Positions 50,450 through 63,900 of a stretch of DNA of 64,000 nucleotides are shown here, in pieces (position 1 is the first letter of the stretch; each line of letters begins with the position of its first letter). Under the pieces are notes generated by a model. That model did not search any database, was not told where the DNA came from, and saw only the letters and a program-made list of their open reading frames with translations. Origin of the DNA: Octopus vulgaris (lineage: Eukaryota); contig OX597816.1 in assembly GCA_951406725.2 (NCBI GenBank), positions 66,216,001 through 66,280,000 of the forward strand. The letters are read 5' to 3'. The position numbers were made by a program, and so were the translations under genes.

Positions 50450-53400
50450 ACTCTATGTATATAGAATGCATGACCCATTTCGCAATGCTTTCTTTCTGTG
50501 ACGTCGGGCGTTAAAGAGAATTTGGCTGCTAGATCTAGCAGGTCAAGTGATCTCATAAATACTTCCTCGTTGAGTCGCAGTGACTATAATAGCTATCGTC
50601 ATAGTGAGTGTGTGCTTTATGATAAAACCAGCCAAACGTAATGTTTTTCTGTTGCATAGGAAACATGCTACAAGTATAAATCAGCTCAACTTCCCCCTAC
50701 GCAAATTATAATAACCATTTCTATTCTAGGTACAAGGCCTGAAATATTTGGGGAGTGGGCTAATCGAGTAGATCGACCCTCAGTACGCAACTGGTACTTA
50801 ATTTATCGACCCCGAAAGGGTGAAAGGCGAAGTCGACCTCGGCGGAATTTGAACTCAGAATGTAAAGACAAACGAAATACTACTAAGCATTTCGCCCGGC
50901 GTGCTAATTATAATAATAATAATAAATTCTTTAAAAAAATGACATAAAATTATAACTGTTCATCGTTAATGGATTTTGTAGTTTTGTTGCTACGGCAACA
51001 GGCCCACAATTAGCTGTTTCTGATCGTTTACTATTAGGTTTGAAAAACAAATTACGTTCACATTTTAGCCGTATTTCGTCTGTTCTTACGTTCTGAGTTC
51101 AAATTCTGCCGAGGTCGACTCTGCCTTTCATCCTTTCGGGGTCGATAAATTAAGTACCAGCTGCGTACTGGGTCGATCTAATCGACTGTCCTCTTCCCCC
51201 AAAATTTCGGGCCTTGTGCTTAGGGAGGAAAAGATTATATCTTGGTACTCGGAAAACAGAATTATAATGAAAATCCGTATGGTCAATTTATCATTCGCTT
51301 CACCATGAAAATGAACAGAACGTGCTAATGAAATGCTGCTTGCCTTCGTCCTGATTTTTCTTACTATTCCATTCTATCAGCCCAGTAATAAATGAAATAA
51401 CTGTAGGATATCTCAGAGGCATAACTACACTTTGGTACCCCAATGTATCTTTGTTAATAAAACTTTTAGGACACATTTTTGAGGGTGTTCTTTACAATTA
51501 CTTTGATAAAATTTAAAAAAAACAGACTTTTGGCAGTTTAGGATCGTTCTTCCCCATCGTATCTAGCATTTTAACCTCTTTCGTTTTTCATATTTATGTT
51601 TGAAACATCAATATTACGTGGTCTACATCCATGAAAAAGGCCATTTTAATGCATTATAAAGGACATGAAGAACCACCTCACTAACATTTTAACGCTATCA
51701 ACATACCTCTCATCTATATCCTCGAAACGTGTCACTTCAAAATGCTATAAAAAAATTTGTTTTCAAAAATGTATGAAGAAACAAAATCGGCGGGTGGAGA
51801 GCCTCAAACAGTAGATATACCATCAGAGCAATTCGCGATACTTAATAACTGGACAGAAAATGGTTTCTCCTTCCTGATCCATGTGAGTGAAGAACTGAGT
51901 GTACAAGAGCTTCCAAAACCCTGGATGGGACACCAGTGTACCGCAAGGTTAACCTTCAGCTATAGTCGGTCTTCTTTTCAGCCAAGTTAACATAAACAAA
52001 GTGAAACGAAGTACCTTGCTGAAAGATATAACATGCCACTCGGTCCAAACCGACGACTTTTCAATCGTGAGCTCAACACCTGAACCACTATACATATATA
52101 TATTTTATTAAATAAAATGTATTCACATTTACTTGTCTGTGTGACCTATATTTTTAATGAGATTATTGAATTGTTGCGAATTAAAATAGAAAAAAAAAAT
52201 TACTAAACGAAATTTCGTTTCGTTTCGTCTCGCCTTGTAATTATATATCTCCACCAGGTTTTCGATAATCCCCACCCAACACCGTTTCAGACTCATTAGC
52301 GGCTCCTTAACAAGTCTATCTTGTCTGAGTTTGACTGACCGGGGCCGTTCGGGGTTTTTTTTTATAAAAAAAACTGAACTGCCATTATGCTCGCCTTACA
52401 ATGCGCATCGAAAGGACTCAGCCAGGTTTGTATTGTTCGATATATATGTACATACACTATATACATCCGTGAATAGTCTCTCTTTTCTTCGTCCAAGGTC
52501 AATTTATTATGTGGGCGAATCATACATAGATACAATCATTGTATTGGATGCTATACAACGAATATATATATATAGATAGATAGATTTAAAATGAGGATGA
52601 GAAATTAGATATTAATTAAATTAACATCGATTTCACACCAGTGGTCTAGCATATAAAAAAACTGAAGGTTCAGTAAAATTATTGTGTATTAGCCAATTCT
52701 GTCTAAATAACAATTGCTTATGTTTTCTGAACAATGTATAATTTTTCTTCTTTAAATCATTCAAATGTTTCAGTAATTTGTTTACAAATGTATGCCCGCA
52801 TTCACCTCTAACGCTCAGCTCTACCGTCGCACTAATTTTATATATACATCCACAGGTGTGTAACACCCTTTTGTTTGAATATGCATAGTTCAAACTTTCT
52901 TTTGTAGCCCTTGTACATACCCTTAGTTGTCTAAATGAATGGTTACTATGAACACTGTCTGTTAATTTCCGTTATGATGGTCTTTGCTAAAACATTTACT
53001 TAAAATGACCTCCAGCTAGCTATAAGTTGCATTGTCAAACGCAAATAAACCCAGCTTAGCATTGAAAATGATTTTGCTTTGACATTTTTTAAAGCTAAAC
53101 TAGCTTGTAAATATATATATATATATATATTGATTTGTTACATTCATACTTATAATCTTTACCAATAAGACATATGTATCGATAAACAATAGTAATGTCA
53201 TTACTAATGCCTTGGAGAACAAGAAACGTTGTGGCTTTTCCTAAGGCTCTTCAGTGACACGACTGGAAATCGAAACCACATCGCGAGTTCTGTATGACAA
53301 TTACCGTGAAGAGGGTTTCGTTTATTAGCTTGAAAGATAATCTTTAAAAGTGAGCGAAGGGACAAAATTTCGTCTCATTCATTTAAAAATTCGAATGTAA

Positions 53401-54500
53401 TTTTAGTATGTATTAATCTCAAGGTGCAATACTTGGTTAGTTATCTTTTTAATTAATTCAGTCGACTAAATAAAATTATTACCAGGGTCCAGAAGCAGTA
53501 AGCATCCATTACAAACCAATTGCCCTGTTAGCTATTATAATTGGTTTACAATATAGCATTCATTCCTCAAATTTGTAGTAAGGTGATTTGCACGATGTAC
53601 ATGACTTTCCCAAGGACATTCTCGTATTAATATGATATAGGATAACAGACAACTCTTATAGTTTAAAAAGGAAATTAATTAATATTTTCGTAAGATCAGA
53701 TAGTGAAGACATTATATGTGAACGTTAACCCTCAAAATGTTAAGTCTTTACAATTTGTAGAGTATTTTTTATTGTATTATATAAACTTAGCACGCAATCT
53801 CCAAATGCTTTAACCTGAGAGATTCGTTTTGACCACATTCGTCTATCATTTTCCTTTTCTATGATTAAAAAAAAAAATTTGTAATAGCTACTTGATTATT
53901 TAGTTACACCTATTTACATTGCACAAATAATTATGTGATGTGTGATAGGTTTACGAACTAATTTCTTCCTCGTAATAAATTTCGCTGATAAAATAACTTT
54001 GATTGAGGTTGATTGTGTAACCTCTGAAATTATATTCAGTAAATTTTCAATTTACCTTATATTCTATAGCCATTCATTTTGAAATTCAAAGTCTTTCTTT
54101 TAATATTTAACTGGTTTTAGTCATGAGACTGTAACCATGCTGTGAGATTGTCTTTAATGTTACAATAAATTATATCGACCTTAGTACTTGGGCGTGATTT
54201 GAACTCGGAACGTAAAGGGGCATAAATACTACACAGTATTTTGTCTGTCACTTTGGATCCGACATAATCTTAATTCAGCGTGTTTGACACTGATGATATA
54301 TTATTTGCGTACTTCGTTACTTTTTTTCTGTCTTCCAATTGTGACCATGCTGGGGCACTTACCATGAGGTTCGCTTTGGCTGCTCTTCTCTGTATTCGGT
54401 GCTGCAATGTTGAGTCATCCGGAATGTGCTGTAAAAAGAGCTGCGGTGTTTTGAATCATAGGATATTGCCCTATGTAGTCCCTAATTGCGAGGGATAGAG
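50450..54500. promoter_or_regulatory. CpG-retaining (likely unmethylated) island around the PDHA1 promoter and first exon
   Basis: CG dinucleotides are visibly retained, including in resident SINEs, compared with TG/CA-shifted flanks. The island is centred on exon 1. Boundaries approximate, judged by eye. Confidence 0.6.
52387..52425 (+). CDS. PDHA1: PDHA1 coding exon 1 (MLALQCASKGLSQ), start of mitochondrial transit peptide
   Basis: ATG in a CpG-retaining island, 13 open codons ending CAG|GTTTGT (phase 0), in frame with the exon at 58286. Assigned by position and phase because transit peptides are poorly conserved. Confidence 0.7.
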
Positions 54501-56625
54501 TGGAGTTCTTAGGATTTTGCAGTGGTTACTGTTTCTAATTCCACAGTCATTTTGAAGTTGATGTGATCATAATTAGGAGGGATAATTTGGATACCTGAGA
54601 ACAAGGGCCTTGTACAAAACTAGCATAATTTTTTCCCATGTAAATATTCTTAAAATCCATCATAAGCTTGAAACTATAATTCTGTACTAAAATACCAACA
54701 TCATCATTTAACGTTCGGTTTCCATGCTGGCATGGGTTGGACGATTTGATAGTAGCTGGTAAGGCCAGGGGCCACACCAGTCTTTATTGTTTGTTTTGGC
54801 ATGGTTTCTTTGGCAGGATGCCCTTCCTAACGTCAATGATTTTACATAGTGTACTGGGTGCTTTTTATGTGGTACCAGCACCAATGCTTTTTATATGGCA
54901 CCAACATAAGAAAACAAAAACACTAAAAACCATGAAGTTATATCCTCATGATGACTACTTTTCTTTGCTAGCACAGGTTGCATGAGGCTTCTTGAAGAAC
55001 TGTTCTATGTTTGGATGCACTTTGAGTTTTGAATCAATATTAAAATAAATTAGAAAAGTTAATTGATGATGCAGGTTTGTATTCTGGATCAGATGGGATG
55101 GTAACTGAATTGACAAACACGCTTCATCATTTGGATGGAGGTGAGCATATAGTTATAGGAGATGAGTTGGTTGGAAAGGTTGGTTGTGAATTGTATCCTT
55201 AACAAGTGGATTAGAACAGTGATTTTATTATAATGGAATCAATTCGAAACCCTTAAATATTTTAACAATGCAGTGGCCAGTGGTATAGCAGATTTTCTCC
55301 AAGCTTGTCCAATCAGAATGAATTTCCTTTTTTGTTTCCTTTTTAATGCAAATGCTATTAGCTAAGAAGGTCCGTGCATTTGATGTTAACTGATTACTAG
55401 TTTTTTCTGAAAAATGAACCTCAATGGCATATATTTGGCAGGCCACACTTCTGTATCACAAAAATAAGACTAGGGAACCAACCTTACATTTGACGGTCTT
55501 TGCAAAAGACTTACATTTCACAAGTTAATTATGAATCAAATGACATATATATATGACCAGAATGTACAATATATACAGACAGACAAAATAAGCATGCAAC
55601 TATCAGTAGCTGTTACTCTCTACAGTGTTTGATGCAGTCTATGGTTAGGATTTGATTTGATGAGTATCATTTGTCCTGTCTAGTGCGCAACTGAAGGTTG
55701 ACTGACTTTAGCCCAGAGTCATTTGATACATTTCTATCCTACGATTTGTGGGTATATATAAGTATATATATATGCATTATTTTCCATGGGATGAATTTTT
55801 CAAACGTCTAGAGAATACATTGGAGTATTTCTTCTGGTTCTTTACTTTCTGAGTTCAAATTAGCAAAGAAAATATGGGGTCTTTTGTTACAGAGGACATA
55901 ATTGTTCTAGAGTTAATGCCACAGTATAATGCACCCAGTACACTCTTCAAAATGGTTGCTGGTAGGAAGGGCATCCAGCCATAGAAACCTGATTAAAAGG
56001 AAACAGCACTTGTATGTGTGGACAGTAATTTCCTATAAGAATTGACTTGGACCATGTTAACTTGGCCTGCATGGAAAATAGATGTAAAAATGATATATGC
56101 TTTCAGGCACAGTGAAACTCATTAACATATGCTTACATTTGACCACACAAAAGCTGACAAAGTAGAAAGTAAAAAAAATTAAGGACGTAGGATAGTACTT
56201 ATAGCTTTGCAGATGGGTGCAACTACTGCCACTTAAATATATGCATATGCACATGCTCACAAATATATACATGTATTGATATATGTGTGCATAAATATTC
56301 ATACACATGGACTCAATTAAGTATAGACCTAGAGTTGGCAAATGAGGAGATGGCTTTTGAAAGGTGGAAGGAGAAAGCGAAATGCTGCAAGGGAAAACTG
56401 GTTTGGAAGTCAAAAGAATTGCGTTGGTGTTGTTTGTCTTGGGCATAACACATTATCAGCAGTGAGGTTTGAAGTTAAAGCTGTGGCTCCTTACCTAGCA
56501 CTGTAATCTTAGTCATTGTGCTATGGAAACTAATGTAAAGTGATGATAATTCTACACCATCCAACCCCTGCCAGCATGGACAACAGACATTAAGTGATGA
56601 TGACAATGATATATATATATATATA

Positions 56626-57818
56626 TTGGGTCCCATAAATAATGTGTTTTTTTTATACTTCTTTTATTTTTCAAAATTAAGATTAAGTTCTTAATCTAAA
56701 ATATACTCTTTCATTTTCTACAATGTTCTGTTTATCTGGTAGATTTGCAAGGCCCCTCTTCCAAAATTCACTTGTTTGGATGTACTGTTCTGACCTCATC
56801 TACAGAATTCATATTTTTTTTCCATCCAAATGATTTTGAAGACTGCAGAATAAATGATAATCAGATGGAGCAATGTCTGGTAAATGTGGCTGAGCATTAT
56901 CCTGATGGAAGAACACCTTTTGTCTTGAAACCAAAGATAGTCATTTTCCTTCCAGTATTCACTTAAGCCACTCAAGCTGCTCGTAGTAGATCTCCTTTGT
57001 TATTGTTTGGTTTGGGTTTAAAAGTTCGAAGTGGACTAAACCTTCCCTATCCCACCAAAACAAAAACAACACCTTTTGTGAATAAAGACCTTCTTTAGCC
57101 TGGGGTTTCACTGTTTCTCCTTTCCCCACCCACTGCTTTTGGTGCTTGACATTTTTATAGAGAACCCATTTCTCATCTCATCACCAGTCACTATTCAGTC
57201 CAAAAAGCGTACAATCGTGAGACATGACAGCAAAGAAGAGCACACATTCACTCTCTGCATGCGATTAGACTCAGAAAGTTTGTGAGGAATCTATTGACCC
57301 AATTTGCTGCTTTTTCCTATGGCACGCAGGTGTCGATGAATGGTTGAATGACCAAATCCAAGCTTCTCTGCTAGTTCCTCAACAGTTATGATGGAATTTT
57401 GTTCCACCAGAGTTTGCAGGACGTCCTCGTCGAGCTCTACAGATCTTCCAGGATGAAGCTTGTCTTTTAGGCTGCAGTTTCTGGCTCAGAATTTCTGGAA
57501 TCAATGTTGACACTGGCTTATGCTTATTGTCCAATTCCCATATACTGCATTAATATTCTTCGCACTTTCCCTTGCGTTGTTGCCCTTATTGAACTCATAT
57601 AGCAAAATATGCCGAATATGCTTTTGTATTACTTCCATTATAGCTTTGAAAAATAACTGTTAAAATCAAACTGCACTCTTCAAAACTTGCACTAAGAATA
57701 AGGACAAGGTAAAATTACTACCTGCTTTTATAGCAGGTTGATGCAGGTAGTTTATCCTTTCCCCCTCCAACTTTTAGTTCATGCAATTGGAAAAACTGCA
57801 TTATTTATGGGATGACCT
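56626..57818 (-). mobile_element. Decayed near-full-length mariner in PDHA1 intron 1
   Basis: Both TIRs (GGGTC..CCCATAAATAATG) present. Interior homologous to the 45140 and 48601 fragments. Confidence 0.88.
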
Positions 57819-58285
57819 TGTGTGTGTATGTATTACGTGAGAGTGTGTGTAAATGTGTGTATGTTTGTCTGACATTATTTGATTCTTATAAATGAATGCC
57901 ATTCATTTTCAATGTTCTGTGAAAGCATGTCTGGCCAGAAGGAAATATTACCTTGTTTGGAAATAGGTAAGGGTTGGCATCTGGAAGGGCATCCAAATGT
58001 AGAAAAATCTGCTTCAGTAAACTCCATCTGATTCATAGCAAGCATGGAAAAGTAGACATTAAGATGATGATGATGATAATACAAGAGGATGACCTAGCAG
58101 TCCTAAAAATTATACTTTCCGATCATGCTTTTAAGATCATTAGTAATATAAGCGAAGTGAAATAAGAACTGATAATAATAAAATGGGTCAAGGTTTTGTC
58201 TTGTTGAGTGTTTACTTTTTATTCTACCAGTGATTGCCATATTATGTGCTTGTGTTTATATTGCATTTTTCTTTGTTCTTTTTAG

Positions 58286-58357
58286 TTCCAAGGAATTCTT
58301 GGAGTTGCCCTGCGTTTTTCATCTTCTCTGGCTGACGAGGCGACATTTGACCTCCAG
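58286..58357 (+). CDS. PDHA1: PDHA1 coding exon 2 (FQGILGVALRFSSSLADEATFDLQ)
   Basis: Polypyrimidine tract plus TTTAG acceptor, CAG|GTTAGT donor, 72 nt, phase 0-0. ADEATFDL matches the ANDATFEI region at the mature N-terminus of animal E1-alpha. Confidence 0.88.
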
Positions 58358-58461
58358 GTTAGTTAACTATATATATATATATATATTGGCCAGAATCGCC
58401 ATGTTGAATTGCTAGCTTCTGCACGCATTTTTTTTTCCTCTCCTTGTTTCTTTTCTGTGTA

Positions 58462-58499
58462 TCTTTCTGTTGAAGAGCGTAGGCTCGAAACGTAAAAGA
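58462..58499 (+). ncRNA. Minimal hammerhead-like motif (CUGUUGA variant), sense strand of PDHA1 intron 2
   Basis: UCUUU-CUGUUGA-A-GAGC guag GCUC-GAAA-CGUA-AAAGA within the element at 58398-58598. Confidence 0.65.
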
Positions 58500-58617
58500 C
58501 TTGTTTTATTTATATTCCTGAGCACCATACTAATACAATTGTTTGTTTGTACTCCACCTGCCTTCGTCTTTTGTTTATTTTCATAAAGCTTCCCGTTATA
58601 TATATATACATACATAC

Positions 58618-58650
<33 letters not shown>

Positions 58651-58763
58651 AGGGAGAAAGAGAGAGAGAAACTGATTGACAACTGAGAGGAAAAACTTAC
58701 TCATGCATAAGCCGAGGCTTTCTTTCAACACTGTTCAGAGTTTTGCTTATTTTTCAAGGTGGT

Positions 58764-58802
<39 letters not shown>

Positions 58803-60018
58803 GTACATTCATATATGTATTTATATTATATATATGAGCAAGTGAAGTAAGTAGGTAATACAAATGAGGTAGGAGTGCAGTCTGCTTCCACCTTAGTAGA
58901 CTGACAGCATATTACAATCACTACAGGAAGAATCAAATTCTTGCTCAAATCGTTAGTCTTGCACTTATTGTGATTTATAGAAAAATATTTGAAACAATAA
59001 ACAGGACCAGTCAGTTATTTAAACTCATTTTTTTTTTTTTTACTTTCTGTGAGGTTAGTGAAATATGTATATCATTGCAGTAAACCTCTGTAAATGCTAA
59101 CTTACCATTGAAAATTTGCTGATATAATTTGGCAAATACCAAGAAAAGTTAAGTAGTTTGCTTTACAACTACCTGCTTTCAGGTTGTGCAGTCACTTGGG
59201 CATGCATTTTCTACCATTAACTTTGATTATGCCTTATGTGTGGAATCTGGTATACATAAACTGTTTGAAAGCACATGATATACTGTATCTGACAGCATAA
59301 AAAATGCATTGTCATATTAGATACACTCCAATATCAGCAGCACATATTCATGAAAATGAGCATCAGGAACAAAATTAGCTTGCAGAAGGCCCAACTTGGC
59401 ATATAGGACCTGGGGGAATTTTTTGGAGGCATTGTTTTGAGGGGAAAAGTATGTCTTATATGCCATCAAATATGGTATATATTTCTATTTATATTGGTAA
59501 AAGATATAAACTTTAATAAGAAGACTAGTGCTTTTTGTATGAGAATTCTCTGTTCTGCCTAAGTCAGGGGGATGTCTCCTTGTCACTCTTGCCATCATAA
59601 ATACTGCAAATCAGTGAAAATTTGCCCATTAAAAACCTGCAACCAATTGTGCTGTTGTTTACATAATGCAATATAAAATACCATTGCAAATAAGCATGAC
59701 TACTCCTATAGTGTACAGTGTTTGTAAGAGTGGACTCTCCACACATCACATCTAATTTATGATTTTTTTACATTTCCCCCTCATTTATTGTCACAAATTA
59801 GAGATGCTTAAAGATTCAGATATTTGCATGATTAGAATGATATTTCCTAATGCCAACTCTCCAAATATGAATCTCATAAGCATTCTATTTTATTTAAGGA
59901 CACTAGTGTTTGAAATTGCAGGTCATTGGTCTTATATTTCTTTTCTAAAAAAAAAATTACTTATGAAATGAATTTTACTGTGTGAACATTATCAAGAAAT
60001 GCATATTTCTTTTTACAG

Positions 60019-60192
60019 CCATTCAAACTCCACAAACTTGAATCAGGACCGTCAACAACAGCCACTCTCACTCGAGATGATGCCCTCACTTACTATAAAC
60101 AAATGCAGGTTATCCGACGAATGGAGACAGCTGCCGGCAACCTCTACAAGTCTAAAATTATTCGTGGATTCTGTCATTTGTACTCTGGACAG
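60019..60192 (+). CDS. PDHA1: PDHA1 coding exon 3 (PFKLHKLESGP...MQVIRRMETAAGNLYKSKIIRGFCHLYSGQ)
   Basis: TTTTACAG acceptor, CAG|GTAACC donor, 174 nt. Contains the IRRME and IIRGFCHL signatures of PDH E1-alpha. Confidence 0.97.
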
Positions 60193-60869
60193 GTAACCAT
60201 AATGTTGTGTATTGTCAAAAATTCAAATAACACTAAAGGTTAATAGGTGATACAGTGGCTTTTATCTGCAATACTTACTTTTGGCTGTTGCTTTCTGATG
60301 CTTTTTTTATGTTATATTAACTTTGTTGTTAATAATTATGTAATGCCTCCACGGGGTATATAAATGAATTAATTCTATGTAAGAAGAAGTGAAAAAAAGG
60401 AAACAACTCTTAAACTGTTATATAAAAAGTAGAAAGGAAATGACTGGTGAGGTGGAAAGAAGAGAAGTGGCAGTATACAGGAAGCATGTAGAAGTAAACT
60501 CCATTTAATGTGCAATATGCATTAGGTTGATTTGTTGAAAATGTAGTGGTGTGAGAATGTTAGTTATGTGGAAGCTAGATTTATGTGTAAGTTGTGTATG
60601 GAGGAGCTGCAGATGAAGATAATGTTGAGCTGGAAGGCGGCGAGCTGGCAGAATCGTTAGCACGCCGGGTGAAATGCTTAGCAGTATTTCGTCTGCCGCT
60701 GCATTCTGAAGTTCAAATTCCACCGAGGTCGACTTTGCCTTTCGTCCTTGATAAATTAAGTAACACTTGCGTACAGGGGTTGATCTAATTGATTGGTCTC
60801 CTCCCCCAAAATTTCAGGCCTTGTGCCTAGAGTAGAAAATAATGTTGAGCTGGATCATGGTAGTAATGG

Positions 60870-61310
60870 AGAGAAAATATTTTGTTACTTTGGAGACATG
60901 TTAAATGGAGAAGGTGGATCAAACTTAGCAACAGTGGCTAGAGTGAGCTAGCTATGTATGGAAGAAATTTCAGAAACTGAAAAATATTCTAAAGGAATTG
61001 TTGTTGAAGCTGAAGTATGCTGCATGTGTCAGAAGTGTTGTGAGTTATGAATGTAGAGCAGTAGAAACGACTGGAAAGAATGGAGGTGATTATTGCTAAA
61101 AGAGAAGATAGCCAACATTGAATTGCAAAGAATTCTAGGGATGGAGCCAATGATAGATGTTATGAAAAGAGATGGCTGAGGAAGGATGAAAGTATCTGGG
61201 TATGAGGAGTAATGGAAATTAATGTGGAAGGAAGCAAAGGAGATGTGACTAAAGATGATAGAAGAAGGGCAAGGACATTGGTGAGGAGAGGTGTAGAAGA
61301 TAGAGCTTAA
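60870..61310 (+). mobile_element. RTE-clade LINE remnant in PDHA1 intron 3
   Basis: FCYFGDMLNGEGGSNLATVARV matches the RTE FCYLGD..GG..AV.ARV pattern. Confidence 0.7.
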
Positions 61311-61729
61311 TGGGAAAAGCTATCACGGGGATTGCAACTTTTATTCAATCAGGTAAAATAACCCTAGAATACCCATTGCCATATTCACTTGTCACTCCAT
61401 CCCCTTTTTTTTTTTAAACAGGGTGATATTGTTGTTTCTTTTTTTTTTCTGAAGAAAATAAGTAAATTTTAGGAAAGAAATAAACCTGATTCTCAACTGA
61501 GAACTAAACCATGAAATTAGTCATCATTAATGTTGATTATAATCAGCCTTTTGCTGTTGGATGGTTTCATCCTAACCAAAACGTCACTGACATGAAAGAT
61601 GGTGTGTCTCAGATGTAGAAATACATTTACATATATATATATTTAGCCATGTTGTGAAATAATTTTTTGAATTACACACACACACACACACATATATATA
61701 TACACGAACTGTAACTCTCAATATTTCAG

Positions 61730-61856
61730 GAAGCTTGCTGTGTTGGGATGGAAAGTGCTATTGAGAGGGACGACCCAGTTATTACAGCCTATCGAGCTCA
61801 TGGTTGGACCTATATGAGGGGAGTCTCTTTGGTGGGAGTACTGTCAGAACTCACAG
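61730..61856 (+). CDS. PDHA1: PDHA1 coding exon 4 ([42 protein letters not shown])
   Basis: TTTCAG acceptor, ACAG|GTTTGA donor, 127 nt. ITAYRAHG motif. Confidence 0.97.
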
Positions 61857-62785
61857 GTTTGATTCCTTTTACTTCCTATTTTTAATGATTTAAAAAGTTC
61901 TGCCATGAAATTGTGTTGTCTGTCATGGAAAGAAGTGTCTCTTTCACTCTCTACTTTTGAAATATATAGGAGATAAGCTGTGGAACTTAATCTGCAACGA
62001 TTTTTCTTTGTTGACACTAATGGTAGCCCTTGTCTTCTGTAATCTTTTCAGTCTCTCGAGAGGAACTGTTGTTTAATTATCTGAAGTAGAATCCATACAA
62101 GATTGGATGATTTAGTGCAGTTAATGTTTACTTTGCATTAATTCATGTTCAATTGGTCAATGCAATTTATGGCGGTGAGCTGGCAGAATCATTAGCACAC
62201 CAGGCGAAATGCTTAGCGGTATTTCGTCTGCCGTTACATTCTGAGTTCAAATTCCACCAAGGTCGACTTTACCTTTCATCCTTTCGGGGTCGATTAAATA
62301 AGTACAAGTTATGCACTGGGGTCAATATAATCGACTTAATCCGTTTGTCTGTCCTTGCTTGTCCTCTCTGTGTTTAGCCCCTTGTGAGTAGTAAAGAAAG
62401 GTATTTCATCTGCCATTACGTTCTGACTTCAAATTCTGCCGAGGCCGACTTAGCCTTTCATCCTTTCGGGGTTGATCAAATAAGTACCAGTTACGCACTG
62501 AGGTCGATGTAATCGACTTAATCCCTTTGTCTGTCCTTGTTTGTCCCTTCTATGTTTAGTCCCCTGTGTGCAATACAGAAATATATATTTCTTTTTTACT
62601 CAGCTTTGTAACTTAAGTGTGTACATTTTAAAAACATTTTATAGCTTTATTAAAGGAGAAAGGACAGCACTTATGATCTTTGAAGAGGAAGGGATAAACT
62701 ACTCATGGGTTACAGCTGAATGCAGCAACACATAAAAACATCCAGTTCTCCAGAAACTTGGTCCCACTCAAAGATATAAATCTCT

Positions 62786-63078
62786 TATGACTCGAGTGTG
62801 GACATATTCTATGACTTGAGTACATTCATGACTCAAGTGCACACATTTCATAACTCAAGTGGACACATTTCATGACACAAATGCATATATTTTGTGACTT
62901 GAGTGTGCAAAGATTTCATATCTCTAGGTGTGCACATTTCATTGTTAAATTGTGCACACGTTTTTGGCTTGAATATATTTTATCATATTCTATGATTCAA
63001 GTGTACATATTTTAACTCATCTACACACATTTTGTGGCTCAAGTATACACATTTTTTGATGGATTGTGCACACACTTG
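62786..63078. repeat. Degenerate minisatellite, unit about 22 bp (ATGACTCAAGTGCACACATTTC), roughly 13-14 units
   Basis: Direct reading. Ends about 70 nt upstream of PDHA1 exon 5. Confidence 0.85.
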
Positions 63079-63146
63079 AAGATTGTTGATCTCTCATAAT
63101 ACTGTGGTTGTCTTAATTCTCACTGTGATCTTTTATTGTAATGCAG

Positions 63147-63238
63147 GACGCAAAACGGGTTGCGCTCAAGGCAAAGGTGGTTCTATGCACATGTACAATT
63201 ATAATTTCTTTGGTGGAAATGGCATTGTAGGAGCTCAG
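63147..63238 (+). CDS. PDHA1: PDHA1 coding exon 5 ([31 protein letters not shown])
   Basis: ATGCAG acceptor, CAG|GTAAAT donor, 92 nt. GKGGSMH and GGNGIVGAQ motifs. Confidence 0.98.
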
Positions 63239-63651
63239 GTAAATATTTTCTCATTTTGTGGCCCCTTTAACTTTATCAAGCTTGTGTGACTTGGATGATT
63301 TTGGGGATCTTTTCGCTTTGACCAGCAGATTTTTAAAATAATTTCTTTGTAACTAAACACTTTTAAACTTCGTATACTGGTAGAATGTGTTTATAAAACA
63401 TCTTTTTCTCTTGGCTTTCTTCAGAAAATTCTGTAGTTTGTAAGCTATTTGTTGTTTAATTTTTTGCATTTTGGCAATTTCAACTAATCATTGATTAAGC
63501 TCTCTGCCTAAATCAGAAATCACCATTATTGTCATTCCATACCATTCCTCTCTCAGGCATGCTCTTCTTTTCTTTACCTTCTCCACTTTTCTTTCTTGCT
63601 CTTGTTTTCTACCATTTAGTTTCTGACCATCATTCCACTCTATTTCTCTAG

Positions 63652-63900
63652 GTGCCATTAGGAGCTGGCATTGGTTTTGCCCTGAAGTACCAGAAGAAAC
63701 CTAATATTGTTGTAGCTCTGTATGGAGATGGTGCTGCCAACCAAGGGCAATTGTTTGAGACCTATAACCTGGCTAAGTTGTGGAATATTCCTATAATTTT
63801 CGTGTGTGAGAACAATGGATATGGAATGGGTACAAGTGTTGATCGAGCAGCTGCCTCAACTGATTACTACACTCGAGGGGATTATGTCCCTGGCATTTGG
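63652..63900 (+). CDS. PDHA1: PDHA1 coding exon 6 (VPLGAG...[10 protein letters not shown]...[11 protein letters not shown]...[10 protein letters not shown]); gene continues beyond the window
   Basis: CTCTAG acceptor, TGG|GTGAGT donor, 249 nt. ThDP-binding GDG...NN motif and the YGMGTS phosphorylation loop. Confidence 0.98.
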
